From positions 248,001-312,000 of the IMG/VR virus record IMGVR_UViG_3300034358_000008: DNA of 64,000 bases, one strand, 5' to 3'. Both the position numbers and the translations under genes were made by a program. Below are positions 48,521 through 57,553 of the stretch, piece after piece (position 1 is the stretch's first letter; every line of letters begins with the position of its first letter). Under the pieces are notes generated by a model. That model did no database searches, was not told where the DNA came from, and worked only from the letters and a program-made list of their open reading frames with translations.

Positions 48521-49102
48521 ATGCACACACTGGAACAATATTTCGGTATCATCAGTTTTGACGGTGGTGTCAAATACATCAATAAAAAGGACATCTTGAC
48601 GACTGATGCTTCGGAGGCTAAGCAGTTCTCCTCTATGGCAGAAGCTAAAACCTTCATGGTTGAATGGTTTAACCGTAAATCGGTCTTCCGCGATGAACAA
48701 GACACCTACTCGGTAGTCCCACTAGTTGGCCATGAAGTCAAACCGCATCCAGAGTTGCCATCATTACCACCACCTGACTTTTATGAGGTAGGTACACCGA
48801 CAACCGCTGAGTACATCATCAGCGTTTTATCGAATGACAACTTTGCAGCTAGCTTTATACCGGTAGACAACATTAATGGTTCAAGTCAGATGCAAGCGGG
48901 TGTTAGTACTGACCCGCATGACGATCGTGCTGTAGCTCGTTCGGCTAAGTTCAGTTTCCCTGGCTGGATGGAGCAGGACGAAATTGTTAAGTTGCGTGAA
49001 TCAGCTACACGTCATGGTCAGTGGAAGAACCTACGGATCGTCAATCGCGGTAATGGGTTTGCCAAGTGGTTCATTGTAATCCTTAGTCAGGATCTTCGTT
49101 AA
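48521..49102 (+). CDS. hypothetical protein
   Basis: GAGG RBS. Confidence 0.8.
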   Translation: MHTLEQYFGIISFDGGVKYINKKDILTTDASEAKQFSSMAEAKTFMVEWFNRKSVFRDEQDTYSVVPLVGHEVKPHPELPSLPPPDFYEVGTPTTAEYIISVLSNDNFAASFIPVDNINGSSQMQAGVSTDPHDDRAVARSAKFSFPGWMEQDEIVKLRESATRHGQWKNLRIVNRGNGFAKWFIVILSQDLR

Positions 49103-49335
49103 TGCGTAAGGGTGAACCTTTCAACCATGAACGTAAGAATCTAACTAGACCTGATCGCGATATAACTGTACCGCATAAACAGGCCATGGGTATGCGAACC
49201 GGAGAACGGACTTTAGGCAATTCGGTACGAAAAGGAATCTATGTTCCAGATCGATTCCGCGATACCGAGAGTGAGCCTAACGACGATACAGTGATTGATC
49301 GACCAGATCCAGCTTGTGACGATTTCGCAATGTGA
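49102..49335 (+). CDS. small Arg/Asp-rich hypothetical protein
   Basis: TAATG coupling. Confidence 0.65.
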   Translation: MRKGEPFNHERKNLTRPDRDITVPHKQAMGMRTGERTLGNSVRKGIYVPDRFRDTESEPNDDTVIDRPDPACDDFAM

Positions 49336-49343
49336 GGTGTTAG

Positions 49344-49595
49344 GTGCGCGGAGATGTTTTGCATGACCCCAGTGACGATTACTCTTGGTGTGAGGAAGCG
49401 GTTCACGATGCACGGTACGGCTCCCATAAACCAGAACCGGAATGGGAAAGTTATCCAGACTATCTTCGCGGCCTTACCGATTGTAGTTGGGTATTCCGAC
49501 GTGACAATGAGAATGATGATGAAGATCGTTTTGATCTAGATAAAGACTGTTTAGATCCACGATTAGAAAAGAGAGATGACGAATGCGTTTTTTGA
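49344..49595 (+). CDS. small acidic hypothetical protein
   Basis: GAGG/AGGT RBS, GTG start. Confidence 0.6.
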   Translation: MRGDVLHDPSDDYSWCEEAVHDARYGSHKPEPEWESYPDYLRGLTDCSWVFRRDNENDDEDRFDLDKDCLDPRLEKRDDECVF

Positions 49596-49873
49596 AATCT
49601 GAATTCGGGCAACGTAGTAAAGAAGCTGCTTCCGGTTGTCGTGAAGATGACGTCATGTACCCAGAACAGCTTTGTGATCACGACATTCTAATCTGGCGCC
49701 GAGACGAGCATTCCTATTTTAACTATCGACGCGATGGCGATAAACACAGTTGGGCTGGCGAGGGCATAGACTTAGTTCGTGATAATGATGCACCTGGACT
49801 GTCTCGCGATATCCATACCAAATCCAAAGACATGTTCAACTTATCATCCATGATTCTTCGTACTAGCCTCTAG
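49583..49873 (+). CDS. small Arg/Asp-rich hypothetical protein
   Basis: Overlaps upstream stop; alternative ATG 49655. Confidence 0.6.
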   Translation: MRFLKSEFGQRSKEAASGCREDDVMYPEQLCDHDILIWRRDEHSYFNYRRDGDKHSWAGEGIDLVRDNDAPGLSRDIHTKSKDMFNLSSMILRTSL

Positions 49874-49881
49874 GAGGTTTA

Positions 49882-50121
49882 ATGCGCCGTGATGAACCGG
49901 GTAACTGGGGTAGGAAAGTTCCCGTGCATGGTGATAACAGTAACCCTACACGTGCCGCCGTAGCTATGTTCAGTAGTAGTCGGAATGGTAATGGTGAAGG
50001 TTATCGTGCGAAACAACTAGACCTTAGCAACACAAAATTTGGTCGTAAGGGTCACCCAGATATCCGTACCCGTGAATTAGTGCATATTGACGATGCAATA
50101 TGCGAACGTTTGATTTACTGA
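49882..50121 (+). CDS. small Arg-rich hypothetical protein
   Basis: AGGAGG RBS. Confidence 0.75.
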   Translation: MRRDEPGNWGRKVPVHGDNSNPTRAAVAMFSSSRNGNGEGYRAKQLDLSNTKFGRKGHPDIRTRELVHIDDAICERLIY

Positions 50122-50147
50122 ATCCAATTTAAACAAAGGAAAACGCA

Positions 50148-51281
50148 ATGAACTTTATCGAAAAGCAAGAAGCCGCTAACAAAGCTGAGTTTGATGGTAT
50201 CACTCCAGAACTGCGTACCCGTCTGGAAGAATTCAACTCCAAACTGGAATTGCTTCGTGGTGATAACATCTACGACGTAGTGCGCTTGTACTTCTCCACC
50301 CAAGGTCAACATTCGGAACAACATGAACTGTTGGTTGACATTCCTCATGGCGGCACTAAAGAAGAATCGGCTAACGAAGTTACTCGTGTTGTAAGTGAAG
50401 ACATTCTGGCTAAAGTGGGTCTGCGTATGATCCGTTGTGTAATGGGCCGAGTGATCGTTTCCGATACCCACATCATCGGTGCTTTCGTTAACCCGTCGGT
50501 TACTGCTACCAAGTCGACTTACGATGTACTTGGTCTGCCAGTGTTCTGCGAATGGTTCAAAGCTGAGTTCGCTAAACACCTGCAAGCTAACCCTACACGC
50601 TACCTGACCCGTATCCGTGTGGATGGTCAAGGTAACCTGTGTACCGTTATGGAAACCATTCAAGGTGTCCGTGACGTTAAAGATATTACTAAGTTCTATC
50701 CGTACTTCGATTTCACTCCAACCAAGTTCTACGAGGAGTTCTCCAAATCGAACTCTAACGTATCCCTGATCTACGGTGTACCGGGTACTGGTAAATCGAA
50801 CTGGATGATGGAAGTTATCAACGCACGTGGTTGGGATGATAAGATCTATCTGGCTGACCGTATGGACGTATTGGGCCACCCTGGCTTCCCAGACTTCATT
50901 CGTGAACTGCCAGCTGGTTCGATCGTACTGACTGAAGATGCTGACATTCTGGTTAAGAAGCGTACCGAAGGTAACGTTTCGATGTCGGCACTGCTCAACG
51001 CTACTGCTGGTATTGTATCTCGTGACGTGAAGATTATCATCTGCACTAACTTGCCATCTACCCGTGATATCGATGAAGCTCTGATGCGTCCAGGCCGTTG
51101 CTTCCGTGTATTGAAGTTCCTGAACCTGACTGGCGAACAAGCTAACGATATCCGTGCCATGATGGAAATCGATGCTTTCGACTTCAAAGAAGGTCGTACT
51201 GACATCACTCTCGCTGAGGCTATCAACGCTCACGAGATCAGTGAAGGTCACGCCAAACAAGGTATGGGCTTCGGCGGTTAA
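50148..51281 (+). CDS. AAA+ ATPase (BCS1-like)
   Basis: YGVPGTGKS, VLTEDAD, ICTN, DEALMRPGRCF. Confidence 0.88.
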   Translation: MNFIEKQEAANKAEFDGITPELRTRLEEFNSKLELLRGDNIYDVVRLYFSTQGQHSEQHELLVDIPHGGTKEESANEVTRVVSEDILAKVGLRMIRCVMGRVIVSDTHIIGAFVNPSVTATKSTYDVLGLPVFCEWFKAEFAKHLQANPTRYLTRIRVDGQGNLCTVMETIQGVRDVKDITKFYPYFDFTPTKFYEEFSKSNSNVSLIYGVPGTGKSNWMMEVINARGWDDKIYLADRMDVLGHPGFPDFIRELPAGSIVLTEDADILVKKRTEGNVSMSALLNATAGIVSRDVKIIICTNLPSTRDIDEALMRPGRCFRVLKFLNLTGEQANDIRAMMEIDAFDFKEGRTDITLAEAINAHEISEGHAKQGMGFGG

Positions 51282-51287
51282 TTGACT

Positions 51288-51312
51288 GGGGAGCTTCGGC
51301 TCCCCTTTCATC
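51288..51312 (+). terminator. intrinsic terminator
   Basis: GGGGAGC-TTCG-GCTCCCC + TTT. Confidence 0.85.
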
Positions 51313-51331
51313 TTTTCTTTTTGGAGTAGTT

Positions 51332-52111
51332 ATGTCGGTTCCTTTGGTATTGTTTTCTGGCGGTATGGATTCCACCTACCTCGTTTCTTATATGCTGTCC
51401 GAAGATGGCCCCGTTGATATTCTGTATGTTAATGGTGGACAATCTCGGGAGAAGATGCGCTTAGAGTTAGAGGCACGGGATCGTTTGATTGAATTCATGA
51501 ACCGTGAATACCCTAACAAGATCCAACGCCAGTATGAGATTCTTCAACCAGTCTACATTCATGATGGCTGCAATAAGAAATGGATACAACCGAACGCGTG
51601 GATGCAAGGGGCATTCCGGGTATTGGATGCTAGTCGACATAGCTGTGTCCGAATAGCGTACGTCAATAGTGATGGTGCTTATTTCGGTAGCCATCTCTCG
51701 GATATCAAAGCTCAATGGAAAAGCATGCTCAAGGTGGGTTTCAAAGGCGATCACATTCCACTAGAGTTCGCTATCCTACACATGGACAAACTGGAAGTGT
51801 TGGAAGCAATCGATAAACGTTTGCTCCCGATGGTTTGGGTATGTGAAATGCCGAGCGATGGCAAAGCTTGCCAAAAATGCTCCCCTTGTAAACTAGCTAA
51901 CGCTACACTACATGCGTACAAACAGAGGCATGGTGAAACTGTATGGCGGGCTGTGGCGCGAGCTAAGCGTAAAGACCCTTACGGTACCCCATTGGAAGAA
52001 CAGCGTGAAGAACAACGAGTAGGTGACTTGGCCTATGTGAAGATAAGCTATCCAAGCTACGATCACTATCGTTGTCCCCCGGAGTTTAATAATGAAACGA
52101 TCATGCTGTAA
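51332..52111 (+). CDS. QueC-like PP-loop ATPase
   Basis: LFSGGMDST PP-loop and C-x7-C-x2-C-x2-C Zn cluster (CEMPSDGKACQKCSPC). Confidence 0.85.
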   Translation: MSVPLVLFSGGMDSTYLVSYMLSEDGPVDILYVNGGQSREKMRLELEARDRLIEFMNREYPNKIQRQYEILQPVYIHDGCNKKWIQPNAWMQGAFRVLDASRHSCVRIAYVNSDGAYFGSHLSDIKAQWKSMLKVGFKGDHIPLEFAILHMDKLEVLEAIDKRLLPMVWVCEMPSDGKACQKCSPCKLANATLHAYKQRHGETVWRAVARAKRKDPYGTPLEEQREEQRVGDLAYVKISYPSYDHYRCPPEFNNETIML

Positions 52112-52325
52112 AGGTGAGACATTTGTATCGGGTAAGCGTCGTGAAGCCGACAGTGATGGTTACATCCTTCTAAATGAAGAGGTCGGTATGAAGGAGCATC
52201 TCCGGGATGCCGAACCTATAAAAACCGCACTACGTAGTATTCAGTTCCCATTGGCTAGACTGATGCTGGTCGATGTACGCAATGCTCACGAACAACCGGG
52301 TCGGATAGGTGAGTATGGCCAATGA
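52092..52325 (+). CDS. small hypothetical protein
   Basis: GGAG RBS, overlaps neighbours. Confidence 0.6.
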   Translation: MKRSCCKGETFVSGKRREADSDGYILLNEEVGMKEHLRDAEPIKTALRSIQFPLARLMLVDVRNAHEQPGRIGEYGQ

Positions 52326-52635
52326 CAAAAAACGCGAACGATATTACAAAGCCAAAGCTCATCCCGCCATGGGGCGAGGTATGGACGGGGAAGTTGATAT
52401 CCTAGCGTACATGAATGGGCCACTACATTTAATAGCGCTTGACTGGCAGATTGATCGTGACCGACGCGATCCAGAAGATGAACTCAGTATGGATTGTTGT
52501 TCTTACACTCGTGAATTCTATGAGTTGGATAAGAGCCTTGATGAACTCTGGTCACCAGATATGAATCGTGAGAATCGAGCGTTGTTAGTTTATCCTCACC
52601 ACCTCAATTCTGATCAGAGTAGAGAGAATGGCTAA
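52315..52635 (+). CDS. small Arg/Asp-rich hypothetical protein
   Basis: AGGT RBS, ATG 52315. Confidence 0.7.
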   Translation: MANDKKRERYYKAKAHPAMGRGMDGEVDILAYMNGPLHLIALDWQIDRDRRDPEDELSMDCCSYTREFYELDKSLDELWSPDMNRENRALLVYPHHLNSDQSRENG

Positions 52636-52928
52636 TGGGTAGAAAGTTTGGAGGCAAATGCTTTTTCTACAGTGCTCGAGAAGTACCTGACGCACCTGTG
52701 ACTAATGTTGAACTTGGTGGACTAGATGGTTTTGGCTTAGAAACGAGTAGTACAGTTCTGCGTGATGACGAACCTAACCGTCTAATGCGTAATCGACGTG
52801 AAGGTGGTTGGCGCGACGAATTCAGAGTGGGTGAAACCAATGCTAACCGATCCACAGTTACTTTTAGGCAAGCGGGTAACAGTGAATGGTTACACAGTCG
52901 GCGCCTGAACGATGACCAGCGTACCTGA
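52635..52928 (+). CDS. small Arg/Gly-rich hypothetical protein
   Basis: TAATG coupling. Confidence 0.65.
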   Translation: MGRKFGGKCFFYSAREVPDAPVTNVELGGLDGFGLETSSTVLRDDEPNRLMRNRREGGWRDEFRVGETNANRSTVTFRQAGNSEWLHSRRLNDDQRT

Positions 52929-52964
52929 TTCTATGTGACCCATTAATTATAACAGAGGTGCTAC

Positions 52965-53333
52965 ATGGCAATCCCAACACCCGACAGCTTGATTGCTGTT
53001 GTTAAACCTGTACTCGATACAACAGCTGGTTTCATTTCAAAGCTCAGTGCTTTGATGGCGGATGCTGGTACTGTAAACGACGCTTATCGCGGCGCAGGTC
53101 AGTTCAGCTTCTATGTACCGGGTTACATCAACCCGACGGTGGAAATTGAAGTAAGTAAAGCATTGGTTACAGCAGGTTATGTGGTACATGCCTTCAAGCA
53201 ACAAGTTGGTTATATGCCAGCAGCCCACATGGTCGATATTGAAGCAGCCGATTACACCAACGAAGGTGTAACTGGTAATAGTCAATTCCTCTGGGTACAA
53301 GTTACCATTTCGAAAAAGAAAGTGGTGGAATAA
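52965..53333 (+). CDS. hypothetical protein
   Basis: GAGGT RBS. Confidence 0.8.
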   Translation: MAIPTPDSLIAVVKPVLDTTAGFISKLSALMADAGTVNDAYRGAGQFSFYVPGYINPTVEIEVSKALVTAGYVVHAFKQQVGYMPAAHMVDIEAADYTNEGVTGNSQFLWVQVTISKKKVVE

Positions 53334-53347
53334 AGTAACGACATATC

Positions 53348-53372
53348 GCCAGTCCTCCGGGACTGGCTTTAT
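53348..53372 (+). terminator. intrinsic terminator
   Basis: GCCAGTCC-TCCG-GGACTGGC + TTT. Confidence 0.8.
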
Positions 53373-53406
53373 TACCTTTTTTCTTTTTGCCAATTCAATA
53401 AATTTG

Positions 53407-53419
53407 AGATTTATATCAT
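53407..53419 (+). promoter_or_regulatory. AGATTTATATCAT putative early promoter
   Basis: 13-nt core shared with 29130 and 46594 repeats. Confidence 0.65.
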
Positions 53420-53456
53420 GCATTTGATCCTAAACCAACATGATGGTTAATACAAA

Positions 53457-53921
53457 ATGACTAACACTGTACCTGAACAACTTTACGGCACTGACGATTA
53501 CATCAAGTATGATTTCCACCGTACGGATGTAACTCCAGACATGTGTGAATCAGCTGTAGCATTCGCTGAGAACAATCCCGACACTGACGAACATAGCTAC
53601 AACCAGTTCCGTGACCTACGTACATTGGTTGAAGAGAACTTCAATAACCCGTACGACCTCGAACGTATCACTGATGAAATCGGTGAAGGTTATGAGATCG
53701 CTATCGGTTACCGCACGTCTCCAACTGACGAAGCTTGGGGTCTTCTGGATCGTTACTTCAAACTGAATGGTTGGTTGAAGTTCACATATTCCTCATTTGG
53801 TTGCTATAAATGGCATACCCGTCACAAAGATGTAATCACCGATTCTTCGTCGGGCATTAACTACCGTATTAAAGTCTACCACAAACTACTGGAGCAAACA
53901 GATGCCTTGGCCAGCGCGTGA
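53457..53921 (+). CDS. hypothetical protein
   Basis: 154 aa directly after promoter motif. Confidence 0.8.
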   Translation: MTNTVPEQLYGTDDYIKYDFHRTDVTPDMCESAVAFAENNPDTDEHSYNQFRDLRTLVEENFNNPYDLERITDEIGEGYEIAIGYRTSPTDEAWGLLDRYFKLNGWLKFTYSSFGCYKWHTRHKDVITDSSSGINYRIKVYHKLLEQTDALASA

Positions 53922-54408
53922 TTCAGGTTTCCAAGTAAAAGAAACACCGGGTGTATATAGCTGGAACAAACCAAATCTGGCTAAAAGGATGTGGTATCGT
54001 CTTACGGGTCAAGCAGATATGAAACGGCTTGAATTGATGGCGCGCCAAACTCTTGAACGCTATATGTTTCAATGCTGGATTCAAGATGATGCAGATGGTT
54101 TCACTGGGTGGCGTTGGGACAAGTACAAGGTAGACTTCGTAATCGTTAGTGCAGCTAACCGTTATAAAGATATCGTCGTAATGGGACCACGGCATTACAG
54201 TAACTTGATGATGGCACACATCGAAGCTTATGGTGGCGTTGACCTACTCAGGAAATATGCTGGGGATGATCTCGAACAAGGTTTCGTAGATCAGTACGGT
54301 ACTTTCTATGACCGAGTGACGGCTAAGAAGATTGCAATCAAACGTGGTCAATTACGTTACCCTCAAAACTGCCCCGGTTCAGATCTGTTCTCCGAAGGAA
54401 TCTGCTAA
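53902..54408 (+). CDS. hypothetical protein with recurrent phage domain (G-x-RH...QGF-x-D-x-x-G-x-F-x-x-R...LFSE)
   Basis: Motif recognised from memory; overlap coupling. Confidence 0.75.
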   Translation: MPWPARDSGFQVKETPGVYSWNKPNLAKRMWYRLTGQADMKRLELMARQTLERYMFQCWIQDDADGFTGWRWDKYKVDFVIVSAANRYKDIVVMGPRHYSNLMMAHIEAYGGVDLLRKYAGDDLEQGFVDQYGTFYDRVTAKKIAIKRGQLRYPQNCPGSDLFSEGIC

Positions 54409-54836
54409 TGAAGAAGTCTAAAGCTCGAATCGTAACCTCAATGGAATTCGTGGGCACTACCTTGAAGTTCGAGGATGTCCTCTACAAAGCTATTCCCCAA
54501 GTAGGCGATGCATTACCTTTCCTACGGATAGATAAAGTTGGTGATAAGGTGCGTATCCTGAAAACCGAAGGGTTCTTAGGTGACTTTGGGGACAACCATC
54601 GTTTCGACTTTAAGATCCATCGGGAAGTTAGTGGTGAAGATCCACACGAACTACACACGGGTTCCGGTGATACCCACAAGGTGACTGTATACACGGGTAT
54701 CAAAGACGCTGAGTTCTTATATGCCATCGAAGGTATGGAAGATGGTGATATTCGCATTACCCATTCAGTTGATTTCCTAAAAGAGTGGAGGCATCTGGAT
54801 GTTGCAGGTTACCTGTTCACGAGAGTGGTTAGCTAA
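54408..54836 (+). CDS. hypothetical protein
   Basis: TAATG coupling. Confidence 0.75.
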   Translation: MKKSKARIVTSMEFVGTTLKFEDVLYKAIPQVGDALPFLRIDKVGDKVRILKTEGFLGDFGDNHRFDFKIHREVSGEDPHELHTGSGDTHKVTVYTGIKDAEFLYAIEGMEDGDIRITHSVDFLKEWRHLDVAGYLFTRVVS

Positions 54837-54997
54837 TGACCCCACTGCAATGGGAACTCAATTGGATTGACCAAAACGCGCACCGTTATGATTCCATCGA
54901 TCATACCACGTTGGTTAAGTTCAACATTACTAAGCGTTATCAACGTAACGCTTTACTCAAGCAACTTCAATCACTACGCCCAAGGATACTTAAATGA
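54836..54997 (+). CDS. 53-aa hypothetical protein
   Basis: MTPLQWELNW...RPRILK; TAATG and ATGA coupling on both sides; below ORF-track cutoff. Confidence 0.7.
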   Translation: MTPLQWELNWIDQNAHRYDSIDHTTLVKFNITKRYQRNALLKQLQSLRPRILK

Positions 54998-55467
54998 ATC
55001 ACCTAGATATCATCCGTTCCTTTAGCCGCTCCATGAAACTGGAACTAAGTTATGGTGGGAATAACAACAGTAAGATCAACATGATGGAACGTTGCATTGG
55101 TGGTGATCTTCTGGAAGTCCACCTGTCGCCGGAAGAAGACGAGTTCGCTGATGCACAGGACTTCGGTTGGAAGCTTTTGGTGGATGTCATGGTTAAACGT
55201 GCTCCTTACGACTTCGAAGATCGCTTGTGGCGTTGGGAACCAAAAGAGATAGCCCATGGTAAGATCGCTTTCCATCACTGGGATCATGCGGAGCTGCTTA
55301 AGCGTGGCGCAGAATGGTTGCTTGAACACGAAGACCACAAAACTGGATTAGTTCCAGCTTGGGATGCTAACCGTAAAGATGTTGGTCCCGTAGTACGCAC
55401 TGTTAAATGTGGTGCAATAGGTAGGCTAAAACACTACACCACTGTAAAAGGGTTTGAAGATGCTTGA
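54994..55467 (+). CDS. hypothetical protein
   Basis: AAGGA RBS. Confidence 0.75.
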   Translation: MNHLDIIRSFSRSMKLELSYGGNNNSKINMMERCIGGDLLEVHLSPEEDEFADAQDFGWKLLVDVMVKRAPYDFEDRLWRWEPKEIAHGKIAFHHWDHAELLKRGAEWLLEHEDHKTGLVPAWDANRKDVGPVVRTVKCGAIGRLKHYTTVKGFEDA

Positions 55468-55516
55468 GTATTTACCTCCGTACCAGATGATGTACTACCT
55501 GTGATCGGAGGTAACC

Positions 55517-56167
55517 ATGGAACAAGAATACGTTGCAATTGTAGGCTCACGTGAAGCGAGTCTTGATGATCTCGAACTACTGATTCGTATAGGTCGTACT
55601 TATACGGATCTAGGGATCGCTGTTAGTTCAGGGGATGCTTTCGGAGCGGATCGTGCTGGTTGGTATGGCGCTAAACAATCCCGGAAGTATTCAGAAGTAG
55701 GTGCTCGAATCTATTTGGTGGAATCCAAAGCTTCTCGTAAGCGTGTAACACAGCAACCATTTTTCATGGTCGCTCAAGACTTCGCAGAGAACTGGGACTT
55801 AGCTCGAGCAATCGCTCAGACCGCAAGAGGTTCATTCAGGGGACTGGATGATTACGGTGAAGCTCTGCATACCCGTAACGTGTTCCAGATTCTTGGACAT
55901 GATCTTAAGTCTCATGTAAGAGCTATAATCTATTCGGCACCTACTAAGGGTGATGTTAAACGCGAGGTGATAACCGGTGGAACCGCAACCGCCTTGCATA
56001 TCGCCATTGAAGCAGGTGTACCCATTCGAAAGAATCTGTTTACAGAAGAGGGTACCAAGTGGGCAATTGAGTTCCTTAAGCGTTATGAACAAGATTACCC
56101 ATATGAAGAAATTGATTGGCGTCAAATCCTGAGGCCAACTGATCCACGATTAGAACATCTTTGCTGA
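55517..56167 (+). CDS. DprA/Smf-like (SLOG-fold) nucleotide-binding protein
   Basis: AIVGSR, SSGDAFGAD, RN, GGTATA. Confidence 0.8.
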   Translation: MEQEYVAIVGSREASLDDLELLIRIGRTYTDLGIAVSSGDAFGADRAGWYGAKQSRKYSEVGARIYLVESKASRKRVTQQPFFMVAQDFAENWDLARAIAQTARGSFRGLDDYGEALHTRNVFQILGHDLKSHVRAIIYSAPTKGDVKREVITGGTATALHIAIEAGVPIRKNLFTEEGTKWAIEFLKRYEQDYPYEEIDWRQILRPTDPRLEHLC

Positions 56168-56174
56168 GGCATGT

Positions 56175-56540
56175 ATGACAACTCCTAACCTAGTTCAGAC
56201 TGAAGTCGCTGATCTGATCAAGCGAACATTTGAACTACAGATCCCATTGCTGTGGAAACAATGCTTCATTGCACCAATGGCTTTCCATGGTGATTACACT
56301 AACATCAAGTTACCTTCACGTAGTATGCCTGGGCTTGAGCTGCACATGTGGAAGAACCGTTTAGAATGTCACTACTTAGGGCAGATCTATTCGGTAGACT
56401 GGTCAGTAGGTCGTCCATGGCATGTTAAGGGGGATTTCGTTCTGAGTCCTAATTGGCGCAGTGCCAAAGGTATCTTCGTCCACACACTCAGTACGCTTAC
56501 ACACCATGCACTGAAGATGGCTGAACACATCATCCTCTAA
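56175..56540 (+). CDS. hypothetical protein
   Basis: GAGG RBS. Confidence 0.75.
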   Translation: MTTPNLVQTEVADLIKRTFELQIPLLWKQCFIAPMAFHGDYTNIKLPSRSMPGLELHMWKNRLECHYLGQIYSVDWSVGRPWHVKGDFVLSPNWRSAKGIFVHTLSTLTHHALKMAEHIIL

Positions 56541-56549
56541 GGACTAGTC

Positions 56550-56909
56550 ATGAGTTTTGAAACAACCCATAGAGGTAACCTCTGGACGCATAGTGCATCT
56601 ATTAAAGGTGGACGTAGAGAGCAAGTCAAGAAAGGTGTGTTTGTAATTGACCATCGTAACTCCGGTAGATTCATTATCGGGACTTCTCAAGACGTGTCCA
56701 AGGAAGTTGATAAGCAGATGGCCTTACTCGCTAAGGGTAAGTTCCCAATCAAGCATCTGCAACGGCAATACGATTTCGAACAGCAACGCGAAGATCGTCA
56801 ACCAGCATTCGTTATCATCGAGTATCCATTGAAGTCGGATAAAGACATCAAAAAGACTCTTAAGGAGATTCGTGAAACTAACACGGCTCCTTACTGCTTA
56901 CTTAACTGA
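56550..56909 (+). CDS. degenerate GIY-YIG-fold protein
   Basis: GVFVI...FIIGTS in place of GIY..YIG; catalytic Arg position not evident. Confidence 0.55.
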   Translation: MSFETTHRGNLWTHSASIKGGRREQVKKGVFVIDHRNSGRFIIGTSQDVSKEVDKQMALLAKGKFPIKHLQRQYDFEQQREDRQPAFVIIEYPLKSDKDIKKTLKEIRETNTAPYCLLN

Positions 56910-56917
56910 GGCAACCC

Positions 56918-57553
56918 ATGAAAATGCAACGTAACCATAATGAACAACAGATCGTAATGTCAGTCGAACATTACAATCAACTAATCGGTATGTCTTGTAG
57001 TGGTATGGAATATGACCCACAACGCATCCAACGACATGTCCGCAAGTTCAACCCTTTCCTCCAAGCCCCACATCAAGAACGCGTGAAGACGTTCGAAAGC
57101 AAACGTTCTAAACGTATTCGTGAAGTGCGTGATTTGGTAGAGAAGCATCACGGTGAAGTTCTGTACGGCATTACAGACGTACGTCAATATGCCAATGAAG
57201 AACAAGGACCGGTTTACACTCCTGTGCGTGTACGACGCATCAATAAAGAAAAACGTTGGTTGGTAGATACGTACAAACCAGAAGAAACGAAATTCGGTTA
57301 TTACACTAAGACTTCGGTTACAGCTGATACCTTATTCGTAGATGTACCTGAAGGCTACATCCAACTTTTAGGTCCAGGCGTATACCGTAACTTGTTCGTT
57401 AAAGAATGGTCTGGTATACATTTCTACCACCTGCAAGAACAGGCTGAACGAGAAAACTGGGAACGGGAAGAGTACTTGGAAAAACAACGTATGAAAGCTT
57501 ACCGTGAAAGTAACCCACGAGTTGAACTTGTCAGTGCCATCGGCGAACGATAA
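56918..57553 (+). CDS. hypothetical protein
   Basis: GAGG RBS. Confidence 0.8.
   Translation: MKMQRNHNEQQIVMSVEHYNQLIGMSCSGMEYDPQRIQRHVRKFNPFLQAPHQERVKTFESKRSKRIREVRDLVEKHHGEVLYGITDVRQYANEEQGPVYTPVRVRRINKEKRWLVDTYKPEETKFGYYTKTSVTADTLFVDVPEGYIQLLGPGVYRNLFVKEWSGIHFYHLQEQAERENWEREEYLEKQRMKAYRESNPRVELVSAIGER

Noticed and set aside
33150-51311. Antisense ORFs 33150-34379, 47846-48700, 50115-51311
   Set aside because: Shadows of tmk, the MGCDVH-family gene and the AAA ATPase, which have strongly biased codons.
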